Source: an uncultured Myxococcales bacterium (GTDB lineage Bacteria; Myxococcota_A; UBA9042; CAIXZC01). From it: 64,000 nt of DNA. The position numbers were made by a program, and so were the translations under genes. Shown piece after piece: positions 18,416 to 28,536 of this stretch. Position 1 is the stretch's first letter. Every line of letters starts with the position of its first letter. The stretch is taken from positions 36,368 through 100,367 of the forward strand of contig CAITUV010000019.1 of assembly GCA_903895725.1 (NCBI GenBank). Reading direction: 5' to 3'. A model generated the notes under the pieces. The model worked only from the letters and a program-made list of their open reading frames with translations. It was not told where the DNA came from and made no database searches.

Positions 18416-19774
18416 TCAAGGAAGCGGAGGCGCTGGAGCAGCGGTTCCCTCTGTAGCGGCGTTGGAAGCGTCCTCCCCCGCTCCTGCCGGAGCCTTCTTC
18501 GGGAACGGTTCGAGGTACATGGCCCCGACCAGCAGGGTACCGCTGGGCGGATAGACATCCTTGGCGTCCACGTAGACGACGACGCGGCGCAGCTCTTCCG
18601 AGGCCCCCCGCCGAAGCGTCTTGGCGATGGGGAAATGATAGCGGCGCCAATGGTCCTGGAGCCGCTTGATCTTGAAGGTACGCTTCGAACCGTTGCTCCC
18701 TTCCACGGCCACGTAGACCGGCGTGGCCGGGGTGTGCACCGCATCCCCTTTCATCCAGAGTACCAGCTGGTCATAGTCCGCTGCCGGTGCCGGAATCCCG
18801 ATGCGCTCCGAGAAGCCGATGAAGGCATCCCCCTTGCCCAGGATCTTGGCCTTCGAGACGTGGTAGGCGAGGAACAGGAACGGCGTGTCTCCGGACGGGC
18901 CGACCCGCCGACCGAGCCCGACGCGACATTTTCCGCCACCGTCGAGAACGTCCCGGGTAGTCCCGGTTCCCGTTCTCTCCGCATCTGCAAACGGGTCGAG
19001 CATCACGGCATTCCCGTCCCACGTGGGAGCGATGCGCTCGTGGATCCTCAGGTGCGCCTTCTCCTCGGTACCCGAGCTGGTCTTGCCGATGACCAGAACC
19101 TGCTCGGGGGAAGGAGGAAGGTCGAGCTCGAGCACGATGTCCGGGCTAACGGTCCCAGTCTCGAGGACCGTCTCCCCGGCCCGCAGCGCGGTGAAGGATA
19201 GCTGCTCATGACGATTCAGGTAGAGCGTCCGGTCCCACCAGACGGCAACGGGCGAGGCCACCTTCTGCCCGGGAACCGGGTACGAGAAGACCACCGATTC
19301 CATGAAGACCGCCTTCTTGATGTCCAGGCGGACCTCCCGCTCGAGCCGGCCGAACGAGCCCGATGCCTCGGCCAGGAACGTGATTCCCGAGCCTCGGCAT
19401 TCGGAAGGGACCTTGTAGACCAGCCGATTGCCTGTTGCCTGGAGCTCTCCCCCGCATGGGTCCTGTCGTGCCGAGAACTTGAAGTCGGGCTCCTCCCCCA
19501 CCGGGGCGGGAACCACCTGGACTTCGATGACGACCTCACGCCCGGGAACCGCCATGTCCGGGTAGATGCGCAGGTGCAGCGACCGGGCCACCGATTCCGA
19601 GATCGGGGCCGACAGTCCCAGCCCCCCTCCGCTTCCGTCCGCGGGCATCGCCCCCGACTGCGGAAGAACCTCCTCCCCACGCTGGCAGCCGCTCGACCAT
19701 GCGAAGGCCATGACCATCACCAGGGCAGGCAGGAGCCGCCTGGACCCTGAACCCCGGACCCCGGACCCCGCCAT
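18416..19774 (-). CDS. Hypothetical lipoprotein with possible C-terminal carbohydrate-binding jelly-roll
   Basis: Signal ending WSSGC; C-terminal DYDQLVLWMKGD...W.RY..P pattern. Confidence 0.6.
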   Translation of the reverse strand: MAGSGVRGSGSRRLLPALVMVMAFAWSSGCQRGEEVLPQSGAMPADGSGGGLGLSAPISESVARSLHLRIYPDMAVPGREVVIEVQVVPAPVGEEPDFKFSARQDPCGGELQATGNRLVYKVPSECRGSGITFLAEASGSFGRLEREVRLDIKKAVFMESVVFSYPVPGQKVASPVAVWWDRTLYLNRHEQLSFTALRAGETVLETGTVSPDIVLELDLPPSPEQVLVIGKTSSGTEEKAHLRIHERIAPTWDGNAVMLDPFADAERTGTGTTRDVLDGGGKCRVGLGRRVGPSGDTPFLFLAYHVSKAKILGKGDAFIGFSERIGIPAPAADYDQLVLWMKGDAVHTPATPVYVAVEGSNGSKRTFKIKRLQDHWRRYHFPIAKTLRRGASEELRRVVVYVDAKDVYPPSGTLLVGAMYLEPFPKKAPAGAGEDASNAATEGTAAPAPPLP

Positions 19775-19775
19775 C

Positions 19776-21482
19776 TCACACCTCCAGCATGAAGTTGCCT
19801 TCGAAGACCGCCTTGTAGTCCACGGCCAGCCCTCCCCAGTGCATCGCCGGGGCCAGCACCAGCCAGGCTACGAACAGCGCCACCAGCCACCCCCGTCTCG
19901 GGTGACGGAGCCGCAGGATCCACTCGACCCCCCAGCCGGCCAGCAGAGCCAGCGGAGGCAACAGGGCCAGGGAGACCCGTCCGCCTCGGTACGTCCCGGT
20001 CATGTCCACGTGGAACCACACCACGGCAGCCACCGCCAGCCACAGGACTGACACGACGAAGAGCGCACGGTCTTCACGCCACGGCCTGCACGCCAGCCCG
20101 AGCACCACCAGGACCGGCACCACGAGCGGAATCCTCGCCGGTGCCAACCACCAGTGCAGCAGATTCGCAAACGGCGCTGCCGGGTCCACAGACCAGGCCA
20201 GGAACTCCCCTTCGAACGGTGGTGCGGACGACAGCGTTCCCACTCGAATCCCCGCCACGGCGAGCATGACCACGGTGGGCACAAAGAACGAGGGCCTCCT
20301 CCATTCCCGGACCGGTACTGCGACGAACGACACGCCCAGCAACGCCAGTCCCAGCACCGGGGCCTCGGGCCTCATGAATACGGTGAACAGGAATAGAGCG
20401 GCCGCCATCCAATGGGCCCCCCATTCCCGTGTCCGCGCATGGACCACGAGGGCCAGCAACGTCATCACGGAGAACGCCACCAGCGGGATCATCGGTGAGA
20501 TCGAGGCCGACACGGCCACGTGCCCGGGCAGAGTCGCGACGACGAGCCCGGCAGCCAGCGGTCCCAGAGTCCCCGGCATGGCCAGCGAGGCAACGGCAAA
20601 TGTCCCCGCTGCCGTCAATGCCCCAAGCACCACGTTGAGCACGGCCACTCCTTCGAGCGAGACGGTCGTGAACCGCGCCATCGTTCCGAGATACCAGGCC
20701 GCAGACACATGGGGCAGCTCGTCTGCCGGAACCCAGACGCCGTTGAGCTCCCCGCCCGGCAGGACGAGAAACGCAGCGATGCGCAGGCCCAGGGCCAGTG
20801 CCGTCACTCCCACCAGCCCCCACCACCATCCCAGCGATCTTCCAGCAAAAGTGCGCCGCAACGCCCCCGCCCCGGCCCCCAGCGCGACCAGGAGCATCAG
20901 CACGAAGAAGTCGCCCATCAGCTCGGTGAAGTGCACCTTTCGCACCGACGGAGCGACCCGCCGGGCCTGCTCGGAGGCGGCCTCTTCCTTCGGGGCTGCC
21001 GGCCAGAACGAGCCGTCATCGTTCCGTACGATGGCCTCGACCACGGGGCCGGTCACCGCCGGGTCCCCCTCGGTCACGATGACGAAGCTGCGGCTCTTCG
21101 TGCCCCCGTCCACCGAAACTTCTGGAGGCAGGAGGTGAACCGTTGCAAGGCTCTCTCCTTTCTTCAGGACGAGGCCGACTCGGTGACGGTCCAACGTGAT
21201 CCCGTCCAGGACGAACCCCTGGGCAACCTGGCCATCGAGCTGGAACGGCAAAACCAGCGCCTTGACCCGGTCCGCCATCTCCGGAACGACCTTGTAGCGG
21301 CTCGATGCCTGGTCCAGCTTCTCGAGGTCCGCGGAGGTCAGCTCCACGGCGGCTGCCGAGGCGCAGGACGGAAAGAGCGGCCAGCCCCCGGGCCCCTGGT
21401 TCCCGGCGGGTGCGGCCAGGAGCCAGACCGCACAGAACGCGCAGAACGCAGCGACCTTGGCTGCAGCAAAACTCCCTGTCAT
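19776..21482 (-). CDS. Polytopic membrane protein, possibly GT-C glycosyltransferase-like
   Basis: Soluble N-terminal domain then ~11 hydrophobic segments incl. MRPEA; start ATG 21482. Confidence 0.6.
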   Translation of the reverse strand: MTGSFAAAKVAAFCAFCAVWLLAAPAGNQGPGGWPLFPSCASAAAVELTSADLEKLDQASSRYKVVPEMADRVKALVLPFQLDGQVAQGFVLDGITLDRHRVGLVLKKGESLATVHLLPPEVSVDGGTKSRSFVIVTEGDPAVTGPVVEAIVRNDDGSFWPAAPKEEAASEQARRVAPSVRKVHFTELMGDFFVLMLLVALGAGAGALRRTFAGRSLGWWWGLVGVTALALGLRIAAFLVLPGGELNGVWVPADELPHVSAAWYLGTMARFTTVSLEGVAVLNVVLGALTAAGTFAVASLAMPGTLGPLAAGLVVATLPGHVAVSASISPMIPLVAFSVMTLLALVVHARTREWGAHWMAAALFLFTVFMRPEAPVLGLALLGVSFVAVPVREWRRPSFFVPTVVMLAVAGIRVGTLSSAPPFEGEFLAWSVDPAAPFANLLHWWLAPARIPLVVPVLVVLGLACRPWREDRALFVVSVLWLAVAAVVWFHVDMTGTYRGGRVSLALLPPLALLAGWGVEWILRLRHPRRGWLVALFVAWLVLAPAMHWGGLAVDYKAVFEGNFMLEV

Positions 21483-21571
21483 GGACCGTTCCCCATCTTC
21501 GAGACCGATGCTCACTCTCCCCTCCGCGGCTCCGACTGGCTCTCCGCCGACATGCTGCACTCTGCCCACCC

Positions 21572-23764
21572 TCACGCCGACATTCTGCCGACCAGGTCGG
21601 CGAGCCGGGATGCCAGCGGCTCCGGCCAACTCTTCCCGAGGGCAGCCATTCCTGCCTTCAACATCGGGAACGGGGCCACTTCCGCCACGAGCGAAGTGGC
21701 CGCTTGCAGCGTGGCTCCGGTCACCTCCCCGGCGGAGAGCAGCTCCCGCAAACGGGGCTCGACGGACCGGATGAACTGCAGCTTACGATGGAGGGCCACC
21801 CCGCCCCCGAAGTGCGTCGCATAGGCCGGGTAGTCGATGCCGATCCGACGCATCATTTCCTGCTCCCACGCGCTCAGCAGCTCGGCCAGATCCCGGTCCA
21901 CCTTCTCCGCCGCGGCCGTGACCGCGTCGTCGGCCGCCCCCTCTCCCAGGGGCAGGGTGCTCTGCTCCGCGTAGCTCTTGCTCTTCGGCTCGGTACCGGA
22001 CGGCCGAAGGATCACCCTTGCTCCCCCCTCCAGCTCGAACACGAGGACGTCGCGGGAGGCCCGATCGGTCTCGCTCCGGATGGCCCCGAAGACGCCTGCC
22101 GGATCCTGACGATCGTGGAAGGAGAGCACCTTGCGCCCCGCAATCGAATCCGGCGGATCCCTTCGCAGGCTCTCCTGCACCCGGCGGATGTCGGTGAGCC
22201 CCTGGACTCCCTCCATGGTCACCGACTTGAGGGCCGTTCCCACGTAGCCGAACTTCTTGTACAGCCCCAGCAGCCGGTCCAGCACCGTCACCCCTTCGGC
22301 CCGGCATCGCTCGGCCAGCTCGGCCAGGAGCAGAGCGCCGTTTGCCGCATCCTTGTCCCGGATCACGGGCGATGCCAGCACGCCGTGGCTCTCCTCCATG
22401 GCCATCAGGAAGTCCGCATCGGTCGCGACGAAGGTCCCCCAGCGTCCCGTGCGATGGACCGAGTCCAGCACGTCGCCGATGTACTTGAACCCCACCAGCA
22501 GGTGCCCGATGCACCGAGCCCCATAGGCCGTTGCCATCTGCTGGACCAGGTTGGTCGTCACTTCGGTCTTGACCAGGAACGAGGAGGGGGAAAGCGCTCC
22601 CCGGGACTTTCGCGTCTCGAGAACGTGCCACGCCATGAGCAGACCGATCTGGTTGCCCGTCAGGCAGCGCCACTTCCCCCTGGAATCCGGCAATGCGACG
22701 CCCAGCCGATCTGCGTCGGGGTCGGTGGCCATCGCCATGTCGCACCCGTTCTCCCGGGCCACCCGAATAACCTCTTCCATGGCGCTGGGCACTTCCGGAT
22801 TCGGGGTCAGGAAGGGAACCGTGGGGAACGCTCCGTCGAAGCTCGCCTGCCTGTCGGCCAGGACCGCATCAAACCCGGCTGCCTTCAGGAGCGGCCAGGC
22901 CGTAGTGAGCCCTGTTCCGTGAAGCGACGAAAATGCGATGCGGGCGCGGCCCTTGGGAATCGCACGGTCGAGCAGGGCCAGGTTGGCCGCCTGGTAGTCC
23001 GCCCGCTGCGCCGGTGTGAGGAAACGAACCAGCCCCCGGGCGCAGGCGTCGTCGAACGACAGGCTGGTGGCATCCCGCACTCCGGCGGCGATCTCGACGA
23101 GCTCCTCGTCGTGCGGCGGGACTTCCTGCCCGCCCGCGGCGTTGTAGAATTTGGCCCCGTTGTCGTCGGGGTGATTGTGCGAGGCCGAAATGTTCAGACC
23201 CCCGTGAGCTCCCATGTGGAAGATGTGGAAGGAAAGCTCCGGTGTGGAGAGGAAGCTTTCCTCCTTCGGGTTCACCATGGTCACCTGGACCCCGTTGGCG
23301 GCGTAGACGCAGGCGGCCATGACCGACAGGTCGCGGGAGGTCATCCCGTAGAGCGCCCCCAGGCTGTCCCGATCGTAGTTCCCTCGCAAGTCGAGGAAGC
23401 AACGGACGTCCGCGGCCACGACTACCCGGAGCTGCCCCTGGGGGAAGCGGGCGCGGAGGAATCGGCAATGCCCCTGGACGGATGTCGTGACGGTGTAAGG
23501 GTTGATCCGGTTGGGCCCCGGCCCCACGGGTCCCCGGCGTCCCCCGGTGCCGAAGGGCAGCATGGTGTAGAAGCTGTCCAGCAGCAGAGAGAACTTCTTC
23601 CGTTTCACGAGCGAGGCCACGGCAGGGACGTAGCTGGAGAACCTCTCTTGCGAGAGCCACTCCCGCAGTGCGGCCACGGCAGCAGCCTTCGCGTCCGCGT
23701 GCGCCCCCGTTCCTTCGATTCCTTCCACCCCTTCGAGCAACACCGAATCGATCCGATTGTCCAC
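21572..23764 (-). CDS. pgm: Phosphoglucomutase/phosphomannomutase
   Basis: FGTGGRRG, SASHNH, DPDADR, EESHG, RDKDA, RPSGTEPK; GTG start after GGAGGG. Confidence 0.93.
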   Translation of the reverse strand: MDNRIDSVLLEGVEGIEGTGAHADAKAAAVAALREWLSQERFSSYVPAVASLVKRKKFSLLLDSFYTMLPFGTGGRRGPVGPGPNRINPYTVTTSVQGHCRFLRARFPQGQLRVVVAADVRCFLDLRGNYDRDSLGALYGMTSRDLSVMAACVYAANGVQVTMVNPKEESFLSTPELSFHIFHMGAHGGLNISASHNHPDDNGAKFYNAAGGQEVPPHDEELVEIAAGVRDATSLSFDDACARGLVRFLTPAQRADYQAANLALLDRAIPKGRARIAFSSLHGTGLTTAWPLLKAAGFDAVLADRQASFDGAFPTVPFLTPNPEVPSAMEEVIRVARENGCDMAMATDPDADRLGVALPDSRGKWRCLTGNQIGLLMAWHVLETRKSRGALSPSSFLVKTEVTTNLVQQMATAYGARCIGHLLVGFKYIGDVLDSVHRTGRWGTFVATDADFLMAMEESHGVLASPVIRDKDAANGALLLAELAERCRAEGVTVLDRLLGLYKKFGYVGTALKSVTMEGVQGLTDIRRVQESLRRDPPDSIAGRKVLSFHDRQDPAGVFGAIRSETDRASRDVLVFELEGGARVILRPSGTEPKSKSYAEQSTLPLGEGAADDAVTAAAEKVDRDLAELLSAWEQEMMRRIGIDYPAYATHFGGGVALHRKLQFIRSVEPRLRELLSAGEVTGATLQAATSLVAEVAPFPMLKAGMAALGKSWPEPLASRLADLVGRMSA

Positions 23765-23904
23765 CGGCACCCTCCGAGTTTCCGCAATGCCCGCAAGTTC
23801 CACGGTCCGCCACCGGACCAACGTTCGGACTGTGCCATTTCCAATAGCAACAAAGCGCCTCCGCGTCAAGCTGGCTGCCGTCTCCACCCGCTCGCTCTTT
23901 TGGT

Positions 23905-23933
23905 TTGACCTCTCCTCCCGATTCAGTTACTTT
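23905..23933 (+). promoter_or_regulatory. sigma70-type promoter of the atp F0 operon
   Basis: TTGACC-N17-TACTTT. Confidence 0.55.
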
Positions 23934-24012
23934 TGCTGCCGGCGTGCAGCGGGTTGACAACAGGGCGGGGTCGGGGCTCCGGGGGCCGCTGCCGGCGGGA
24001 GCGGGGGTTGCC

Positions 24013-24246
24013 GTGGACAAGTGGAAAGACTACGGCAGGCATATTCGCAACACCGTCTCCTTCTCCACGGTGGGAATCGAGATGGGCCTCTCGGTCGGGC
24101 TGGGGTACCTGCTCGGTGACTGGCTCGATTCCAGGCTTGGAACCGGGCCCTGGGCCATGATAGGCCTCGTCCTGCTGGGCAGTGCGGCCGGATTTCTGGG
24201 CCTTGCCCGTGCCCTGAAACGATTGAAGAAGCTGGGTGATGACTAG
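24013..24246 (+). CDS. atpZ: AtpZ/AtpI-family ATP synthase gene 1 protein
   Basis: SxVGIEMG...GYLLGDWLDSRLGTGPW; first gene before atpI/atpB. Confidence 0.85.
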   Translation: MDKWKDYGRHIRNTVSFSTVGIEMGLSVGLGYLLGDWLDSRLGTGPWAMIGLVLLGSAAGFLGLARALKRLKKLGDD

Positions 24247-24616
24247 CAGGCTGGTTTGGAGAACAATCGCGTTGCAGGCGGTCCTGGTGATCGCCGGTAC
24301 GCTCGTCGCTGTGGCACTTTCCGGGGCTGACGTGGCCCTGGCAATCCTTGCTGCCGGTGTCGTTTCCTGCCTCGACCTGCTGCTCATCGGTCATGCCAGC
24401 CGCCGGTTGGCCGCAGGCCCGGTCCGCGGCCGGTTCTTCTATGTTGCGGCCCTTGCGGCCAAGTTTCCCGTGCTGATCGCGGCCGTCTATGTTCTCGTCG
24501 TGCCGCTGGCCATGGACCCCCTGGGACTTACCCTCGGGTTCTCCACTCTCGTCATTGCCATTCTCTACGCGGCCGTCGGCCAGAACCGTGCCGAACGGCA
24601 GGGAGCGACCCCATGA
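24239..24616 (+). CDS. atpI: ATP synthase protein I
   Basis: Four TM segments; position between atpZ and atpB with overlaps. Confidence 0.75.
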   Translation: MTSRLVWRTIALQAVLVIAGTLVAVALSGADVALAILAAGVVSCLDLLLIGHASRRLAAGPVRGRFFYVAALAAKFPVLIAAVYVLVVPLAMDPLGLTLGFSTLVIAILYAAVGQNRAERQGATP

Positions 24617-25497
24617 GCGGGAAAACCAAGGGCATCGTCATCGCTCTCGTGGTGGCAGGCCTCATCGGCGTTTCGTTCGCGATCCCCGATGTCAAGGGCC
24701 ACCTTCCGCCTCATACACCCGAGGGCGAGCACTGGTCGCTCCTGGTCCAGTTCTTCCCAGGCCTCGTCCACAACCTGCATGCCCTCATCGCACCCCACAA
24801 GACGTGGATCGCCGGTGAGGTACCCGGCCGCGTGTCCCACATGGTCATGGCCGTCGTGGTGGCGCTGCTGGCCGTCGGCGTCGGCATACTCGTGAAGCGG
24901 CGCACGACCCGGGCCGACGGAGGCCTCCAGCCCGACAGCCGGTTCGGCGCCGTTGCGTTCATCGAAGTGCTGTGCGAGGCAGTCCTCTCGCTCATGGAGG
25001 GGATCATGGGTGAGAAGAATGCCCGCCGCTACTTCCCGCTCATCGCCTCCCTGGCGGTCTTCATTCTCTTCTCGAACCTCCTGGGCATGATCCCCGGCCT
25101 CGTCCCCCCGACCGACAGCCTCTCCACGACGCTGGCCCTGGGTACCGTGGTCTTCGTGTCGACGCACTACCTGGGCGTGCGCGAGCACGGCATCTCCTAC
25201 TTCAAGCACTTCCTCGGTCCGATCGTGAAGTGGTATGCGCTTCCCCTCATGGTCCTGATGCTGCTCATCGAGACCGTGAGCCACCTGGTGAGGCCGTGCA
25301 GCCTCGCAGTCCGACTCATGGGCAACATCATGGGGGACCACAAGGTGCTGTTCATCTTCCTGTCGTTCGGGATGCTCCTGGTGCCCCTGCCCATCGTGGC
25401 ACTGGGACTTCTCGTTGCCGTCGTTCAGACCCTGGTCTTCAGTCTGCTGTCGATCGTCTATATTGCGCTTGCAATCGAGCATCAAGAAGGACACTAA
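24613..25497 (+). CDS. atpB: ATP synthase F0 subunit a
   Basis: [43 protein letters not shown]. Confidence 0.96.
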   Translation: MSGKTKGIVIALVVAGLIGVSFAIPDVKGHLPPHTPEGEHWSLLVQFFPGLVHNLHALIAPHKTWIAGEVPGRVSHMVMAVVVALLAVGVGILVKRRTTRADGGLQPDSRFGAVAFIEVLCEAVLSLMEGIMGEKNARRYFPLIASLAVFILFSNLLGMIPGLVPPTDSLSTTLALGTVVFVSTHYLGVREHGISYFKHFLGPIVKWYALPLMVLMLLIETVSHLVRPCSLAVRLMGNIMGDHKVLFIFLSFGMLLVPLPIVALGLLVAVVQTLVFSLLSIVYIALAIEHQEGH

Positions 25498-25520
25498 TCG
25501 CCAAGGGAGGAGGTCGTCCA

Positions 25521-25865
25521 ATGTCGAACAAACTGTCGAGAATGGCTGTGAGCGTGGTGGTCTTCCTGGCCGGAGCCCTGGTACCGGTGTTGGCCTTTGC
25601 CCAGGATGCGGCGGGGAATGACAACCTTTTCTCCCAGAACATGTATCTGGCCCTGGCAGCCGGCTTCGGAATTGCCGTGGCCGCTTTCGGCGGAGCCCTC
25701 GGGCAGGGCAAGGCCGCTGCCGCCGCACTCGAAGGCATCGCACGCAATCCGGGGGCCGCTGGCAAGATCCTCACCCCCATGATCCTGGCGCTCGCCCTCA
25801 TCGAGTCGCTCGTGATCTATGCGCTCATCATTGCGTTCGTTCTCTCCGGCAAGATCGGCGGCTGA
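25521..25865 (+). CDS. atpE: ATP synthase F0 subunit c with N-terminal extension
   Basis: [34 protein letters not shown]. Confidence 0.96.
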   Translation: MSNKLSRMAVSVVVFLAGALVPVLAFAQDAAGNDNLFSQNMYLALAAGFGIAVAAFGGALGQGKAAAAALEGIARNPGAAGKILTPMILALALIESLVIYALIIAFVLSGKIGG

Positions 25866-25943
25866 GCACGAGCCCTCGAGTGCCCTGGACTCCAGCATCC
25901 AGCCGGGTTCTCCCGGATGGGCAGCATTATCTCTCGCCGGGAT

Positions 25944-25964
25944 AGCAACATCTTGTTGCTTTTT
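25944..25964 (+). terminator. Possible terminator or palindromic operator after atpE
   Basis: AGCAACA-TCT-TGTTGCT followed by TTTT. Confidence 0.4.
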
Positions 25965-26037
25965 CGTTTGATCCTGGCAGACTATCGGATCGAAGTAGTG
26001 CCCCAGAGAGGAGGCAGACACAGTCTGCCATCAAGAC

Positions 26038-26682
26038 ATGGACCTGTACTCGGTCGCACTGGATTCCCTGAGCTCGGGTGGCGCCCTTGCCAAAGTTGCG
26101 CTCGTCGCATTGGCCTGGACCGCTGCTGCCTGCATCGGAAACCTCACGGAGGCAACCAGAGCCCTGGTCGTCTTCTCCAGGGAGGGACCGGTCATGCCTC
26201 CCCTGCTCCCCCAGTTGGAGCTCAAGTGGTCCGGCACGGAATTCCGCCTGGCCGTCTGGCGATGGATCCGCCGAGCCGGCATGGTCGTCCAGTTCGGGAC
26301 CGTGGCCTGGGCGCTTGCCGGGGCCGGACAGGTGGCCGTCCAGGTGCTTCGCTCCGGGCTGGTCGCCCGAGGATGGAACGAGGAATTGGCTGCGGCTCTG
26401 CGACTGAGCCTGGCCTGCACACTCCTCTTCGTTGCAGGGATCCTCGTCTCTCTGGTGCTCGGCGGGCTCGCCATGCTCGTCTCGGTTCGCGCATCGAGCT
26501 ACGTTCGCGCAAGCCACGCACTGGTCACCCGGGAAGACGTGGAGCGCGTCCGCAAGATGCTCGAGCGCCTCGAGCAGAATGCGCCGCAATCGGAGCTGGC
26601 CCTTGGCGAGCTCTCCAGCCCCACGGAGCTCAGCCCCTCCAGCCAGGCCAGGGGGGCCGGGGCGGAGGACTGGCCGGAATGA
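26038..26682 (+). CDS. Hypothetical membrane protein
   Basis: 3-4 hydrophobic segments; ATGA overlap with the next gene. Confidence 0.55.
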   Translation: MDLYSVALDSLSSGGALAKVALVALAWTAAACIGNLTEATRALVVFSREGPVMPPLLPQLELKWSGTEFRLAVWRWIRRAGMVVQFGTVAWALAGAGQVAVQVLRSGLVARGWNEELAAALRLSLACTLLFVAGILVSLVLGGLAMLVSVRASSYVRASHALVTREDVERVRKMLERLEQNAPQSELALGELSSPTELSPSSQARGAGAEDWPE

Positions 26683-28091
26683 CGCTCAAAGAGGCCACCC
26701 GCGCCGTTCTCGAACGAATCGTCATCCAACTCTGGATATGCGCGGCGATCCTGGCGCTGCTGAAGCTGCTGGGCTCCGGCATCGCTCCCCCTCGGCCCAG
26801 CCTTGCAGCACCGGTTGCAGGACAGTGCGCTTCCCCTGGAAGCCAGGAGTTGTGCCGATTCTCTGCGGACCGCGTTCTTCTGGCTCTGGCGGACAAGCCC
26901 TCGGCCGGCTACCTGGCCGCCTGTGCGGCTCGTCCCCCCTGCTTCATGCCGTTCCACGCGAGTTCCGAGGTCTCCCTCTCGTCAGCGCTCGACCGCATCG
27001 AGGCCGTCTGCCCCGAGGTCATCGGTCCCGGCCCCCTCCTCGACCCGAGCAACTCCGACGTCTGCACCGGAACGCCCCGGCCAGGCGCCCTGCACCTCGT
27101 TCAGGAGGATGCCTTGACTCCCGCCCTTCAGGTGCTCGCCGGCCCGTTCGATGAGCAGGGCAACCCGATCCCGGCCACGTCACGGCCTCCCGATCTCACG
27201 CTGTTCCCGGCGGTGGACATCGACTCGACCCTGGAGCGCCTGATCCGCCTGTCGGAACGCTTTCCCGGCGTACCTGACCGCATGGGATTCTGGGATGGAG
27301 CCGCGGCAAGCGGCTGGCTCGTCTTCCCGCTCGTCGGCTTCTCGCCGGGGCCCGCCAACTACTCCGACGCGGTCCAACTGCTCGGCCGCGTGGCCAGGGC
27401 GGTGGTGCCCCCACCTCGTCCGACTCCGGTCGTCGTCGACCTCGCCGGGCTCGCCCCGTGCCCTACGCCGGATGAGCTCAAGCGCCTCATCGAGTCGCTC
27501 GCATCTCTGGGATTCAAGGCCATCGGTCACAGCCTGGACGGCACGTCCCCGGTCCACACTCTTACCGAGGGGCAGGTCGTCAAGGGGCGCATCCTGTCGG
27601 TCGTGGTCACGTCTGATTCCTCGTTCTGCCCCTCGGCATACTCCGTGACCCCGGGCAAGCTCGTCTCCTGGTTCGCCTCCCAGACTCCCGACCCTCCCCC
27701 CTCCGGCGGGCTGACCGTGGTCATCCTCCACTGGCGGGAACCGTCACTGTCGTCCAGCACCCGCACCGCTCTGGTCAACGACCTCATGGCAGCGGGCGCC
27801 TCGGTGGTTGCGGGAGTCGATGCCGGGCCCCCTGGCCCCCTCGTCAGCGGAAAGAGCGGGCTGTCGACGCTCAACCTCGGTACTCTGGTTTCATCGGTCG
27901 GAATCGTGCCGGGCTCTCCCAGGGCCGGCGGAGTCGCCCTCCAGTGCTATCGAGCGCAATCGGGCTCCCTGACCTGCCGGACCGTTCCCATGGCCTCCTC
28001 CCTCGGGATCGGAGTGCCGCTGCTGGACCTGGCCTGCCCGGCCTGCGCCCTGCTGCCCGATTCTCTGCTCGAGGGTCTGTACGGCTCCTGA
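26679..28091 (+). CDS. Membrane-anchored protein with degenerate CapA-like C-terminal domain
   Basis: VVILHW...LMAAGASVVAG...LNLGTLV resembles CapA VVSLHWG...LIDAGADLVIGHHPH...YSLGNF. Confidence 0.5.
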   Translation: MTLKEATRAVLERIVIQLWICAAILALLKLLGSGIAPPRPSLAAPVAGQCASPGSQELCRFSADRVLLALADKPSAGYLAACAARPPCFMPFHASSEVSLSSALDRIEAVCPEVIGPGPLLDPSNSDVCTGTPRPGALHLVQEDALTPALQVLAGPFDEQGNPIPATSRPPDLTLFPAVDIDSTLERLIRLSERFPGVPDRMGFWDGAAASGWLVFPLVGFSPGPANYSDAVQLLGRVARAVVPPPRPTPVVVDLAGLAPCPTPDELKRLIESLASLGFKAIGHSLDGTSPVHTLTEGQVVKGRILSVVVTSDSSFCPSAYSVTPGKLVSWFASQTPDPPPSGGLTVVILHWREPSLSSSTRTALVNDLMAAGASVVAGVDAGPPGPLVSGKSGLSTLNLGTLVSSVGIVPGSPRAGGVALQCYRAQSGSLTCRTVPMASSLGIGVPLLDLACPACALLPDSLLEGLYGS

Positions 28092-28206
28092 GGTCTCTTG
28101 AATCCGGATGTCCCTTAAATGCAGAAGGGCGGCATCAAGCCGCCCCTCTCGCGTACAGCCGAACCCGCCGACGCCGGTACGACCGGCCGCCAGCCGGAAG
28201 GAGAAG

Positions 28207-28353
28207 CTACTTCTTCTCTTCCTTGGCCTCTTCCTTCTTCGGCTCTTCCTTCTTGGTCTCTTCCTTCTTGGTCTCTTCCTTCTTGGCGCAGCCAGCGAAT
28301 CCAAGCACGCCGAACGCAAACACAGCAGCCAGCAGCATCGCAAGTTTCTTCAT
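28207..28353 (-). CDS. 48-aa lipoprotein with KKEE repeats (not in ORF track)
   Basis: MKKLAMLLAAVFAFGVLGFAGC-AKKEETKKEETKKEEPKKEEAKEEKK; GGAGGAAGGA RBS. Confidence 0.85.
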   Translation of the reverse strand: MKKLAMLLAAVFAFGVLGFAGCAKKEETKKEETKKEEPKKEEAKEEKK

Positions 28354-28536
28354 CGTCCTTCCTCCAGTGCCAGTTGAAATGGGACCCGAAAATCAACCAT
28401 CTGAAGGAGAGGATCGCACAGGCCAAACCGGGATTGCAAGAAAAAAAAACCATCGTTCCCGGGGGGCTCCCGACGGCCTCTCAGGCCCGTTGATTTCCCG
28501 TTGCCCTTGGCCCTATGCTGTGCGGCGGAGGCAGAG

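Noticed and set aside
21305..23908. Long antisense ORFs (867 aa here; also 39206-41665, 56304-58712, 61629-63791)
   Set aside because: Mirror frames of real genes, expected from high-GC codon bias
25975..26030. Alternative pairing of two GGCAGAC copies with GTCTGCC near an RBS (riboswitch-like)
   Set aside because: Short helices and no recognisable aptamer
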